The notes: a model not told the origin generated them from the letters alone. A stretch of 14,634 nt of DNA from a candidate division WOR-3 bacterium (GCA_049969615.1 JBMFOM010000047.1:1-14634), one strand, 5' to 3'. Counted from the stretch's first letter, positions 1 through 8,082 are shown. Numbers and translations are program-made.

Positions 1-153
1 ATTCCAAGAAACCAAACCTTGATTTTATGCGGATCTCAGAACATGGGGGTAGCTAGAAATGGGGTTTTGGTGTCAAAGTTGAGTTTAAGCATTGATCCTG
101 CACAGGAAGTAAGTTATGGAGAATTGCTCCGGCTTCGTGCAGTGCGGTTGAGT

Positions 154-825
154 CTATGTTCGTGTCCCCGCGTTCCGCCAGACCGCGAGCGCGCCCCCGG
201 TCGCTATTAGCGCTATGCCTGGCAAATAGGCTTCCCAAATAAACCTGGTGGGAACGAAGCCCCTGATGGCATCGGCCCCACCGGGCAGGAGCCTGAACCC
301 GTCAAAGGTAAAAGATACTAGACACGCTAGGGCCCCAACCGCGGCCAGGATGATCTCAGGGGGTCTAATCATTGTTTGTTGGCCCTGTCCCGCCAGGAGC
401 AAGAGCGTCCCTGAGACTACCGAGAGAACGAGCGCGATCAATGCCGGAGCTACCCACGGGCCGAACCAGGGAACCGGTATCAGAAAGAGCACATCCCAGT
501 CAAGCCAGGACTGGGGCCACCCCAAGAGCACCTTTAGCCAGAGATAATAGAAGATGTCCCACAGGCCAAAGGCAAACAGGAACGAGAGAGAGCGCCTCAT
601 GTGTGTCTCCCCCGAAAGAAAACCCACAGCCCCAAGCATGACGATAGTCGCGATCTCTCGTCCAACCTCAATGGCCGCGACAAACGGGTCAGCGAGCTTC
701 ATGGGGAAAGAGAAGCCCTCAGGGTAATAGAGCCTTCTCAGATAGACCACAACAGCGGCTTCAAGGTATGCCATTGAAACCGCAAAGGCCCCCAGGCCTA
801 CGAGTCCAGATACTCTCTTTGCCAT
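154..825 (-). CDS. Polytopic membrane protein of unknown function
   Basis: 223 aa with about 6 hydrophobic segments and conserved-looking motifs (AYLEAAVVVYLR, EVGREIATIVML, WDIFYYLWL, WDVLFLIPVPW). Start overlaps the 3' end of the radical SAM gene by 28 nt. Confidence 0.85.
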   Translation of the reverse strand: MAKRVSGLVGLGAFAVSMAYLEAAVVVYLRRLYYPEGFSFPMKLADPFVAAIEVGREIATIVMLGAVGFLSGETHMRRSLSFLFAFGLWDIFYYLWLKVLLGWPQSWLDWDVLFLIPVPWFGPWVAPALIALVLSVVSGTLLLLAGQGQQTMIRPPEIILAAVGALACLVSFTFDGFRLLPGGADAIRGFVPTRFIWEAYLPGIALIATGGALAVWRNAGTRT

Positions 826-2276
826 AGGGGTTCAGTGAGCTCAAGGAACCTCTTGCCGTATTCCTCCATGAACGCGGCGTGCTCGGGTTTTGCCATGAGA
901 TCCTGCGCCCCGCTGTCAGAGGGCCTTGCGCTGTGAATTTCAACGAGCCTTTTCATAACCCGGAAGTGGTCCCTGATAAGGCAGGGCGCGAGCCAGTTCC
1001 CGTGGTCGCGAGGCTCGGTTTTCCCATAACCATAAGCGTTGTGCCAGCGCCTGATGGCCTTGAATATGGGGGAATCATAAGCGTCGTTTATCGTTCCGCC
1101 CTTCGCGTATATTTCCCTCAGGTTCGCACCCGCGTAGGGCACGAACACGCATGGGTAAACATCTCCGTTCCAATCTATGTATAGGTATCCCGTGTGTCTG
1201 CCCCCTGAGATGCAACCGGCTGAGACAGTGCCCTGGTTCCAGAAATCAAGAAGGAAGTATCCCCTTTTTCGGATTATTTCCCAGCCCCGCTTCCACATCC
1301 AGAGCCTTTCCTCAGGTGAAGGCATGAGCCGTGGGTCTATTTCCCTACCTATGGGCATATACTGGAACACCCATCCATAGGTCGCGCCCTGGCGCCGGAA
1401 GAACTCATTCAGAAACTCGTCTGAGAGGAGGAGCCGATAATTCCGGCTTGTCGCTGTAAGGGATATGCCAAATGGGACCCCCCTCTCTCTGAGCTCGGCC
1501 ATTGCAGATAGTATCCTTTGGTATGTTCCTTTGCCCCTCCTGCTGTCCGTCTCTTCCTCAAAACCCTCAAGCGATATAGCCGGCGTTAGGTTCCCCATTT
1601 CCGCGAGCCGTTTAGCCGCGTCAGCGTCTATCAGGGTCCCGTTGGTATATACCATAAAGAAGCAGTTGGGGTTTTCCTCAACTACATTGAATAACCTTGT
1701 ATTCCCGTCCCTCCACAGGAATGGCTCTCCCCCTGAGATGACGAAAAACCTGACTCCCCAAAGCTCCTTTGCCTCCCTGATTATTCTGCGGAACTCTTCC
1801 GCGCTAAGCTTTTCGGGGTTCGCGCCAGAGGCCGCGTAGCAATCCGGGCACCTCAGGTTGCACGCCTTAGCTGGGCTTATGACCAGGAAGCCCGGCGGCC
1901 CTTTCTCGCCCTTTTTCCTGAAGGCCTCGCTTATCTCGCCTCGTTCGGCCCAGTTCTTCACCATCTCACCCAAAAAGGTATTGACCAACCTTTCAGCAAA
2001 ATGTGGCGAGAGCCTTCCCTGATCCATTGCTCTGTCTAGAGATTTCAGCAGTGCCCACGCGGCCCACGCCACATCCCTCTTGACCCCGCGTGGTCTCGTG
2101 CCAGCTACTATGGCATCGTAATTTCCCCTGTTTATCTGGGTTTTGATGTATATGAGGAGGGCCTTTCTCACAGCCCTGCTTTTGAACGCAGGAGCCGATA
2201 GCCTGGCTATTATATCCCGGCCGCTGACCCCTCTGAGGACCATCCCCATGTTGGGAACAAGCGTTTTAACTTCCAT
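798..2276 (-). CDS. Radical SAM enzyme with C-terminal SPASM/twitch-type auxiliary Fe-S domain
   Basis: CNLRCPDC (CxxxCxxC), SGGEP, YTNGTL and ISLEG core motifs; C-terminal GCISGGR...GDVYPCVF...APC. AAGGAGG SD 6 nt before the ATG. Confidence 0.93.
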   Translation of the reverse strand: MEVKTLVPNMGMVLRGVSGRDIIARLSAPAFKSRAVRKALLIYIKTQINRGNYDAIVAGTRPRGVKRDVAWAAWALLKSLDRAMDQGRLSPHFAERLVNTFLGEMVKNWAERGEISEAFRKKGEKGPPGFLVISPAKACNLRCPDCYAASGANPEKLSAEEFRRIIREAKELWGVRFFVISGGEPFLWRDGNTRLFNVVEENPNCFFMVYTNGTLIDADAAKRLAEMGNLTPAISLEGFEEETDSRRGKGTYQRILSAMAELRERGVPFGISLTATSRNYRLLLSDEFLNEFFRRQGATYGWVFQYMPIGREIDPRLMPSPEERLWMWKRGWEIIRKRGYFLLDFWNQGTVSAGCISGGRHTGYLYIDWNGDVYPCVFVPYAGANLREIYAKGGTINDAYDSPIFKAIRRWHNAYGYGKTEPRDHGNWLAPCLIRDHFRVMKRLVEIHSARPSDSGAQDLMAKPEHAAFMEEYGKRFLELTEPLWQREYLDS

Positions 2277-2601
2277 TTTGCGCCTCCTTTTTTACCATTC
2301 TCCTGAGCCTCGCCATTTCGCTGGTCAGCCTGCCCAGCTCGCTGGCCATTTCCTGGAGCCTGGCGCTATCCTTGGACGCTAGATCAGCCATCCGCCTGGC
2401 CAGGCGCTCGGTCTCGTTGGCTATTGCCCTCAGTCGGACCAGATGAGTCATGTCAATCCCGGAGGCCTTGTCCACAACTTTGATCCCTATGCCCCTGCCG
2501 ATCATGCCCATGACCTGGCCCAGGGTAACGAAGGCCCTTGAGACCGTGTCATAGAGCTTTCTGTTGGAATACCTGTGAATCAGCCTCACCTTTTTACGCA
2601 T
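2266..2601 (-). CDS. PhaR-like protein (PHB/PHA accumulation regulator N-terminal DNA-binding domain) with C-terminal coiled coil
   Basis: MRKKVRLIHRYSNRKLYDTVSRAFVTL...IKVVDKASGIDMT matches the PhaR N-terminal pattern IK(K/R)YxNR(R/K)LYDT...(Y/F)(I/V)TL...VVD..(S/T)G.D.T. Start reassigned from 2790 to ATG 2601 (111 aa), where the homology begins. Stop overlaps the radical SAM start. Confidence 0.85.
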   Translation of the reverse strand: MRKKVRLIHRYSNRKLYDTVSRAFVTLGQVMGMIGRGIGIKVVDKASGIDMTHLVRLRAIANETERLARRMADLASKDSARLQEMASELGRLTSEMARLRRMVKKEAQNGS

Positions 2602-2609
2602 TGCGTAAA
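2593..2609. promoter_or_regulatory. Perfect palindrome TTTACGCA-T-TGCGTAAA over the start codon of the PhaR-like gene; candidate operator
   Basis: 8-bp arms at 2593-2600 and 2602-2609, centred on the first base of the ATG and touching the -10 box. The operator role is inferred. Confidence 0.6.
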
Positions 2610-2639
2610 TTATAAAGCTAGCGCGCTGGGCCGGTTCAA
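2609..2639 (-). promoter_or_regulatory. Sigma70-type promoter, probably giving a leaderless transcript
   Basis: Minus strand reads TTGAAC (2639-2634), 19 nt, TATAAT (2614-2609), 7 nt, ATG. No SD sequence; the spacer is longer than optimal. Confidence 0.65.
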
Positions 2640-2694
2640 GGCCGCGCGTTCGCCCACAAAAGGTCTTATCCAAATGGAAGGCCATAAGATTAGG

Positions 2695-2723
2695 GAGACC
2701 GCTGATAAAGTAGTAATAACCTA
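2695..2723 (+). repeat. Dispersed repeat family, copy 1 (left-end fragment)
   Basis: GAGACCGCTGATAAAGTAGTAATAACCTA is 28/29 identical to 14019-14047. Confidence 0.9.
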
Positions 2724-2926
2724 TGATCCTAGAATGCACGTGGCCATCATCATGAATCAGGAGGCTCAATTTTTGCTCCGAAATCACCAAGGCCTTGCTC
2801 CGACTCGGATAGGGTCAAGAGGGCACAGCCGGGTAGAGAATCACAAGCTCTGGGCAAACGGGGGCCGTGTGTCAGCTCTGTGTCAGAGAACACGGTATCA
2901 TTTAGGGTGGACAAAAGGAGGATAGC

Positions 2927-4363
2927 ATGTTGTTGATGACTTTTCTGCTTTCGGCGCCCGATGCGGGCTGTGAGAGGATAATTTCTCCGGGCCAGTATGT
3001 TCAGCTCGGTACCCCTTACCCTGTCAAAGCGAGGTTCAAGAACTACGGTGATGTGACCGTGTCCTTTCCCGTTTATTTCAGAATTGACACTGTCGGCGGG
3101 AATCTTTATTCTTCCTCATCAAGCGTGAGCGACCTCGTGCCCGGAGACACCCACACCATTGCCTTCTCGCCGAATTGGACGCCCCCCGTTTTCGGCACAT
3201 ACATCGCTTATGCCTGGTCTGATTTGGCCGGAGACAGCTACCATGGTGATGATACCTGTCTGATATACATCAAGTGTTATCACGATGCTCAGCCTCTGGA
3301 TGTTTTCTGGCCATACTATGAGAACTCGGTAGGCATCCCAATTCAGCCGGTCGTCAGGGTCAAGAACAGAGGCTCCTACACCGAGGGAATACCTCTGAAG
3401 CTTAACATATACGCGCCTGGCGGCAGTCTCGTCTACTCGGGGAACACCACAACCCCTTCTGTGACGCCGGATTCCCAAAGCACGGTTCAGTTGCCAACTC
3501 AGTGGACCCCCTCGGATACCGGGACCTACACGGCCGAGCTGATAACGACGCTCAACCAGGATTTTTATCCGGAGAACGACACATTCAGAGAGGATTTCAA
3601 GGTCACCTACGAGATCATATATGACCAGGGAATAGTGGATCAGTTCATGATCCCTTCCGCGGATTACTACAATAATAAGATGGCGGTCCGGTTCACTCCA
3701 ACCATAACCCCTCCTCTATACATAACCGATGGCAGGATCTTCCTGAACACATACGATTCCCTTGATTATGTGATGATCTGCCGGAGCTCCGGTAGTCTTC
3801 CGGATACCACAAATCCCCTTTTCATCACCTATAACCTCCACGGGGACAATTTCATAGGCAGCTGGGCCAGCTTCTCCGTAAGCCCGTCCTTATACCTCGG
3901 ATCAGCGCAGGATGTATGGATCGTTGCCCACTGGCGCCCAACTAGCCCCATGGCTCCCGCAGTGGGCTGTGATTTTGATGTTCCGGTGGACGGAAGGAGC
4001 TGGTATTTCCTTAGCTATACCGGTTGGGTGAACTACGGGTATGGCGACTGGATGATGAGGCTCACCCAGAGCAAGACCGTTGGGCTGGAAGAGAGCGCGA
4101 GCGATAAAATGTTATCCTTCGCCATAAACCCAAACCCGTGTCGCGGTCGCTCTGTGCTTTCCCTTTCCCTGCCTTTGGAGTCATGGGTTGACATAGACCT
4201 GTTCGGGGTTGACGGAAGGCACCTTGAAAACCTATTCTCCGGGAAGCTGGAACCTGGCTCTCACAGGATAACCCTTTTGCCAAACTCCAGTCCGGGAGTC
4301 TATTTCCTCAGAATAGGCATTGGGGATAGGTTTGTCACGAGGAAGCTAGTGATAACCCGTTAG
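2927..4363 (+). CDS. Secreted protein with two CARDB/Ig-like domains and a T9SS type A C-terminal sorting domain
   Basis: AGGAGG SD. Two internal repeats (V...KNxG...P...WTP...GTY...D.Y..(D/N)DT). C-terminus INPNPC...IDLFGVDGR...PGVYFLRI...TRKLVITR is typical of the Por/T9SS CTD. Confidence 0.88.
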   Translation: MLLMTFLLSAPDAGCERIISPGQYVQLGTPYPVKARFKNYGDVTVSFPVYFRIDTVGGNLYSSSSSVSDLVPGDTHTIAFSPNWTPPVFGTYIAYAWSDLAGDSYHGDDTCLIYIKCYHDAQPLDVFWPYYENSVGIPIQPVVRVKNRGSYTEGIPLKLNIYAPGGSLVYSGNTTTPSVTPDSQSTVQLPTQWTPSDTGTYTAELITTLNQDFYPENDTFREDFKVTYEIIYDQGIVDQFMIPSADYYNNKMAVRFTPTITPPLYITDGRIFLNTYDSLDYVMICRSSGSLPDTTNPLFITYNLHGDNFIGSWASFSVSPSLYLGSAQDVWIVAHWRPTSPMAPAVGCDFDVPVDGRSWYFLSYTGWVNYGYGDWMMRLTQSKTVGLEESASDKMLSFAINPNPCRGRSVLSLSLPLESWVDIDLFGVDGRHLENLFSGKLEPGSHRITLLPNSSPGVYFLRIGIGDRFVTRKLVITR

Positions 4364-5316
4364 GATTCAACCGGGACCTTTTTCAATAGCTCATCAACGA
4401 GGCCGTCAACGGTGATCCCGTCTGCTTCCGCATGGAAGTTGAGGATGACCCTGTGCCTCATTACATCATGCGCTATCTCTTTGATATGGAGGCTGGTTGG
4501 GACAGGGTCTCCCCTGAGCCAAGCAAGGGCTTTTGCGCCGAGAATCAACCACTGGCTTGCCCTCGGCCCTGCGCCCCAGAGCACATACTTCTTTACGATT
4601 TCCAGGGGTGATTCGCCAGGCCTGGTCGCCCTGGCGAGCCTCACCGCATATGCATAAACATGTGGTGGAACTGTCTTAGAGAAAACCTCTTCCCTCGCGG
4701 CTGTTATCTCCTCGCGGGAGATGACCGGCTGAGGCTCTGGTAGCGCGCCGGAGGTTGTCCTCTCAACTATCTCAAGCTCTTCCTTCTCATCCGGGTAGTT
4801 TAGGTTCAGCTGGAACGCGAACCTGTCCAACTGCGCCTCCGGTAAGGGATATGTCCCCTCCTGTTCTATTGGGTTCTGGGTCGCCAGGACGAAAAACGGC
4901 GGTTCAAGGCGATATGTCTTTCCGCCCGCAGTGACCGACAGCTCCTGCATTGCCTCCAGCAGGGCGGATTGGGTCTTTGGCGGGGTTCGGTTTATCTCAT
5001 CGGCCAGTATCACATTCGCGAAAACAGGACCCTTGTGAAACCTGAATATCTTTCGTCCCGTTTCCAGATCATCCTCCAGGATGTCCGTGCCTATAATGTC
5101 CGTTGGCATTAGGTCAGGGGTGAACTGTATCCTTGAGAAACTGAGACCCAGAGCCTTTGCCAGGGTCTTTACCATGAGGGTCTTGGCGAGGCCAGGGACC
5201 CCGACCAACAGCACATGTCCGCCAGCAAACATTGCCGCGGCAAGCTTTTCCAGGATGGACTCCTGGCCGACTATAACCCGCGAGACCTCAATCTTGAGTT
5301 TTTCGCCAGTGTTCAA
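4360..5316 (-). CDS. moxR: MoxR-family AAA+ ATPase
   Basis: Walker A GVPGLAKT, RIQFTPDLMPTDI, Walker B ILADEINR, ATQNPIEQEGTYPLPEAQLDRF, GAGPRA. TTG start; stop codon overlaps that of the convergent gene. Confidence 0.95.
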   Translation of the reverse strand: MNTGEKLKIEVSRVIVGQESILEKLAAAMFAGGHVLLVGVPGLAKTLMVKTLAKALGLSFSRIQFTPDLMPTDIIGTDILEDDLETGRKIFRFHKGPVFANVILADEINRTPPKTQSALLEAMQELSVTAGGKTYRLEPPFFVLATQNPIEQEGTYPLPEAQLDRFAFQLNLNYPDEKEELEIVERTTSGALPEPQPVISREEITAAREEVFSKTVPPHVYAYAVRLARATRPGESPLEIVKKYVLWGAGPRASQWLILGAKALAWLRGDPVPTSLHIKEIAHDVMRHRVILNFHAEADGITVDGLVDELLKKVPVES

Positions 5317-5379
5317 GTGAGAGATTCTAAGGCCGGAGGACGCGGCGGATCATCATGGTGATTCCCGCGAGTATCATGT

Positions 5380-5409
5380 TTGATTTCGCGTTCCCGAAAG
5401 GTTTATAAT
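5380..5409 (+). promoter_or_regulatory. Sigma70-type promoter of the oxidative-stress operon
   Basis: TTGATT (5380-5385), 18 nt, TATAAT (5404-5409); AGGAGG SD at 5425-5430 and ATG at 5439. Confidence 0.65.
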
Positions 5410-5438
5410 ATAACCAATCCGAATAGGAGGTTTTTGGA

Positions 5439-5858
5439 ATGCCGAAGGACAAACTCTTGGAACTTCTGAACCAGGCAGTAGCCAGAGAGCTCCAGGTTTC
5501 CATTCAATACATGTGGCAACATGTCAGGGCTTCTGGCTTCCAGTCCCCGCCTGTGGCTGATGCGCTCAAAAAAATCGCCATCACCGAGATGAAACACGCG
5601 GAGGCAATAGCGGAGCGCATGGACTATCTAGGCGGAGAAGCAACCACTAAGCCCGCTCCCATAACGGTTGGCACGACCCTAAAGGAGATGCTGGAGCTGG
5701 ACATCAAGGCAGAGGAAGAGGCAATAACCCTCTACAAGAAGATAATAGATGTCGCGGCAGAGGCAAAAGACACCACGACCCGTCGCCTCATGGAGGGCAT
5801 CCTTGAGGACGAGGAGGGCCACGACGACCTCTTCCGCAAACTGATTGAGGGTCTCTAG
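5439..5858 (+). CDS. Ferritin-like di-iron protein (bacterioferritin-like)
   Basis: Four-helix di-iron ligand pattern E(LQVSIQY)...EMKH...E(AITLY)...EEGH; 139 aa; strong SD. Confidence 0.9.
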   Translation: MPKDKLLELLNQAVARELQVSIQYMWQHVRASGFQSPPVADALKKIAITEMKHAEAIAERMDYLGGEATTKPAPITVGTTLKEMLELDIKAEEEAITLYKKIIDVAAEAKDTTTRRLMEGILEDEEGHDDLFRKLIEGL

Positions 5859-5874
5859 AGTGAGGTGCTTTTCC

Positions 5875-6378
5875 ATGAAGAAGATGACCAGGACCAACCT
5901 TGAGACTGCGTTTAGTGGCGAATCCCAGGCCCACATGAAATACCTGATATTCGCGGAGGCCGCGGAACGGGAGAACTTACCGAATATAGCCAGACTCTTC
6001 AGGGCAATAGCCTATGCCGAACAGGTCCACGCGACCAACCACTTCAGGAACCTGGGCGGAATAGGCGAAACAAGTGAGAACCTGGCAAAGGCCGCTGAGG
6101 GTGAGAACTTTGAAGTCCAGGAGATGTATCCTGCGTATGACGCGGTAGCTAAACTCCAGGGCGAGCAGGGCGCGATTAGGAGCATCCACTATGCCATTGA
6201 GGCCGAGAAGATACACGAGGCCATGTACGAGAAGGCCAGACAGGCAGTCCTCGCCGGCAAAGACCCCCAGATAGGCGATCTGTTCATCTGTCCCGTGTGC
6301 GGCTATACCCACGAAGGAACCCCGCTAGAGCGCTGTCCAGTTTGTAACGCGCCCAGCTCAAGCTTCAAAAAATTCTAG
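5875..6378 (+). CDS. rbr: Rubrerythrin
   Basis: AFSGESQAHMKY, AEQVHA, GENFE...MYP, AEKIH plus a C-terminal rubredoxin-like CPVCG...CPVC. Start set to ATG 5875 (MKKMT) after a GAGGT SD. Confidence 0.95.
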   Translation: MKKMTRTNLETAFSGESQAHMKYLIFAEAAERENLPNIARLFRAIAYAEQVHATNHFRNLGGIGETSENLAKAAEGENFEVQEMYPAYDAVAKLQGEQGAIRSIHYAIEAEKIHEAMYEKARQAVLAGKDPQIGDLFICPVCGYTHEGTPLERCPVCNAPSSSFKKF

Positions 6379-6391
6379 GAGAAAACAACAC

Positions 6392-6751
6392 ATGCGCTTA
6401 TCAGAAACCGTAAACCCGCCCGAATACGAGGGCAAAGAGAAGCATGTCCCCCAGATACACGTTCCGGACAGGGTCAAGGCCGGGGAGTGGTTTGAGGTGA
6501 CTGTCATAGTTGGGGAGGAGATCCCTCACCCCAACACCCCTGAGCATCACATATCCTGGATAAGGGTATTCTACAAGGAGGACAGCCCCAGGCCTGTATA
6601 TTCGGTTGCTTATTGTGATTTCACGCCTGTTTATGGGGATTCCCGTTTCTCATTCAGGATGAAGGCCGATAAGTCCGGCCACATCCTCGCTCTGGAGCAC
6701 TGCAACATCCACGGACTCTGGGATAACTCCAAGCGCCTTGAGGTTGAGTGA
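6392..6751 (+). CDS. sor: Superoxide reductase, 1Fe class (neelaredoxin)
   Basis: EKHVP, HPNTPEHHISWI and CNIHGLW iron-site motifs; no N-terminal desulforedoxin domain. Confidence 0.95.
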   Translation: MRLSETVNPPEYEGKEKHVPQIHVPDRVKAGEWFEVTVIVGEEIPHPNTPEHHISWIRVFYKEDSPRPVYSVAYCDFTPVYGDSRFSFRMKADKSGHILALEHCNIHGLWDNSKRLEVE

Positions 6752-6752
6752 G

Positions 6753-7103
6753 ATGCCGGATAAGAAGGTTGCCTTGTTTCTCTTTGCTGAGAAGGGGGAC
6801 ACCAACCGGGTCATGCATGGCCTGCTCTATGCCTGGGATCTCAAGGACAAGGGCTTTGACACGGTTCTCGTCCTTGAGGGACTGGCCGTGAAACTGCCCA
6901 TTGACTTTTCAAAACCCGACCACCCGATGCACGAGTGGTGGGAGAAGGTGAGGGGCATGGCGGTTGCCTGCACGGGTTGCGCCAGCGCAATGGGCGTGAT
7001 CCAGGAGATCAGGGCCCTCGGGATTCCCCTCATGGGCAACGAGATGACCCACATAAGCCCATCGGGCTATCTTTCTGATGGCTACCAGGTGATCATGATG
7101 TAG
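6753..7103 (+). CDS. DsrE/DsrF-like family protein
   Basis: About 116 aa; HGLLYAWDL...LVLEGLAVK, ACTGCA and C-terminal GYQVIMM fit the DsrE-like fold. Start set to ATG 6753, just after the sor stop. Confidence 0.8.
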   Translation: MPDKKVALFLFAEKGDTNRVMHGLLYAWDLKDKGFDTVLVLEGLAVKLPIDFSKPDHPMHEWWEKVRGMAVACTGCASAMGVIQEIRALGIPLMGNEMTHISPSGYLSDGYQVIMM

Positions 7104-7124
7104 TCCTGGAAAACCTTGTATAAC

Positions 7125-7151
7125 AAGGCCGCCGGAAACGGCGGCTTTTTT
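7125..7151 (+). terminator. Intrinsic (Rho-independent) terminator
   Basis: GCCGCCG-GAAA-CGGCGGC stem with a GNRA loop followed by TTTTTT, about 20 nt after the DsrE stop, between convergent genes. Confidence 0.92.
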
Positions 7152-7166
7152 GATCCTACCCGTGTC

Positions 7167-7920
7167 CTATTGCCTAGGTATCTCTTCGTTGGCCTCTATC
7201 TTGCCGATGAACTCATCCAGGAGGCCGTTGAAGTATTCGTTGGCGTTGGTTATCTGCTCCTCGGTCATTTTTTCCTTCGCGTAGGTCAGGGCTTTTGCCT
7301 CTTTTAGGTCAGCGAGCGCGCCATTCCTGTCTCTAGTGAAATAGCGCATTGACCCGGTGATAAAATAGAGCTCCTTTGCTATACCTTGGTTCTCTGGCCT
7401 CTTCAGCATCTCCTCTGCTATTGAGAGGGCCTTTAGCCTTGCGGCCTTTGCCTCATCCGCCCTTCCAGCCACATCAAGGTGATACCCCTTCACCCTGTAG
7501 AACTCGCCCCAGAAATAGTCATCCCTACCCAGGACCTGATATACCTTCTCCGCTATGTCCATTCTCTCGGTCATGGGTATGTCATAATATCTCTTGTATT
7601 TGTCTGAGATCTTCACATCCACGAGCGCGGCTCTGAGGTCGTTCTTTTTTTCGTCCGGTATGTTCTCAAAATCCCAGAAATATGTCGTGAGCTTGCACTT
7701 CCTGCATGACCAGAGGACAAAAGCATCTGTCTTTGGCCAGAAGATAAGCTGATACTTGGAGGGCCACTGGTATATGTAGGTGCCGTAGCTCCTGATGGAA
7801 TACAGGTTGTTGTCCCGCAGGGGGGCAGGTTATCTCCTCGGGAAACCAGGTGGTCGCGAAAGCGAACCCCGCGCTCGCGGCGATCATCATCAGCAATAAA
7901 AATACCTGTCTCATGTCCAT
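7167..7920 (-). pseudogene. Frameshifted gene for a secreted zinc-ribbon/helical-repeat protein (DUF2225-like); pseudogene or sequence error
   Basis: Frame 1 gives a signal peptide plus TTWFPEEITCP. After the C6 tract near 7820 the protein-like sequence (NNLYSIRSYGTYIYQWPSKYQLIFWP...SCRKCK...) continues in the frame of ORF 7167..7622 without stops. Confidence 0.75.
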
Positions 7921-7986
7921 GGACAAATTATGACAGATTATATTGGTTGATGTCATCCATCCTGTCCCCCTTAATACCAGTGATAG

Positions 7987-8082
7987 GAGACTTCTGATAA
8001 AATAGCAGTAGCTTACTGGTCTGAGCGAGGGTCACTTTGTCCAGGGGAACAACGTTCTAAGAGGGACCCCTGAAAAATCCCG
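7987..8082 (+). repeat. Dispersed repeat family, copy 2
   Basis: Ungapped alignment to 14019-14114, 76/96 identical by manual count. Confidence 0.88.

Noticed and set aside
1-153. Short ORFs (19..210, 53..238) and a minus-strand TTGACA at 71-76
   Set aside because: The ORFs have no recognisable motifs and overlap a real gene. The -35 hexamer has no convincing -10 at normal spacing.
2865-2896. Hairpin CCGTGT...ACACGG upstream of the 2927 gene as a riboswitch or terminator
   Set aside because: Short stem, no U-tract and no recognisable aptamer motif.
2575-2925. 116-aa plus-strand ORF and the 63-aa N-terminal extension of ORF 2266..2790
   Set aside because: Both run across the promoter, palindrome and repeat copy 1, lack an SD and show no family motifs. 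PhaR homology starts at 2601.
5401-5418. PerR/Fur box in the oxidative-stress promoter
   Set aside because: Only the TTATAAT half-site matches, and it is explained by the -10 box.
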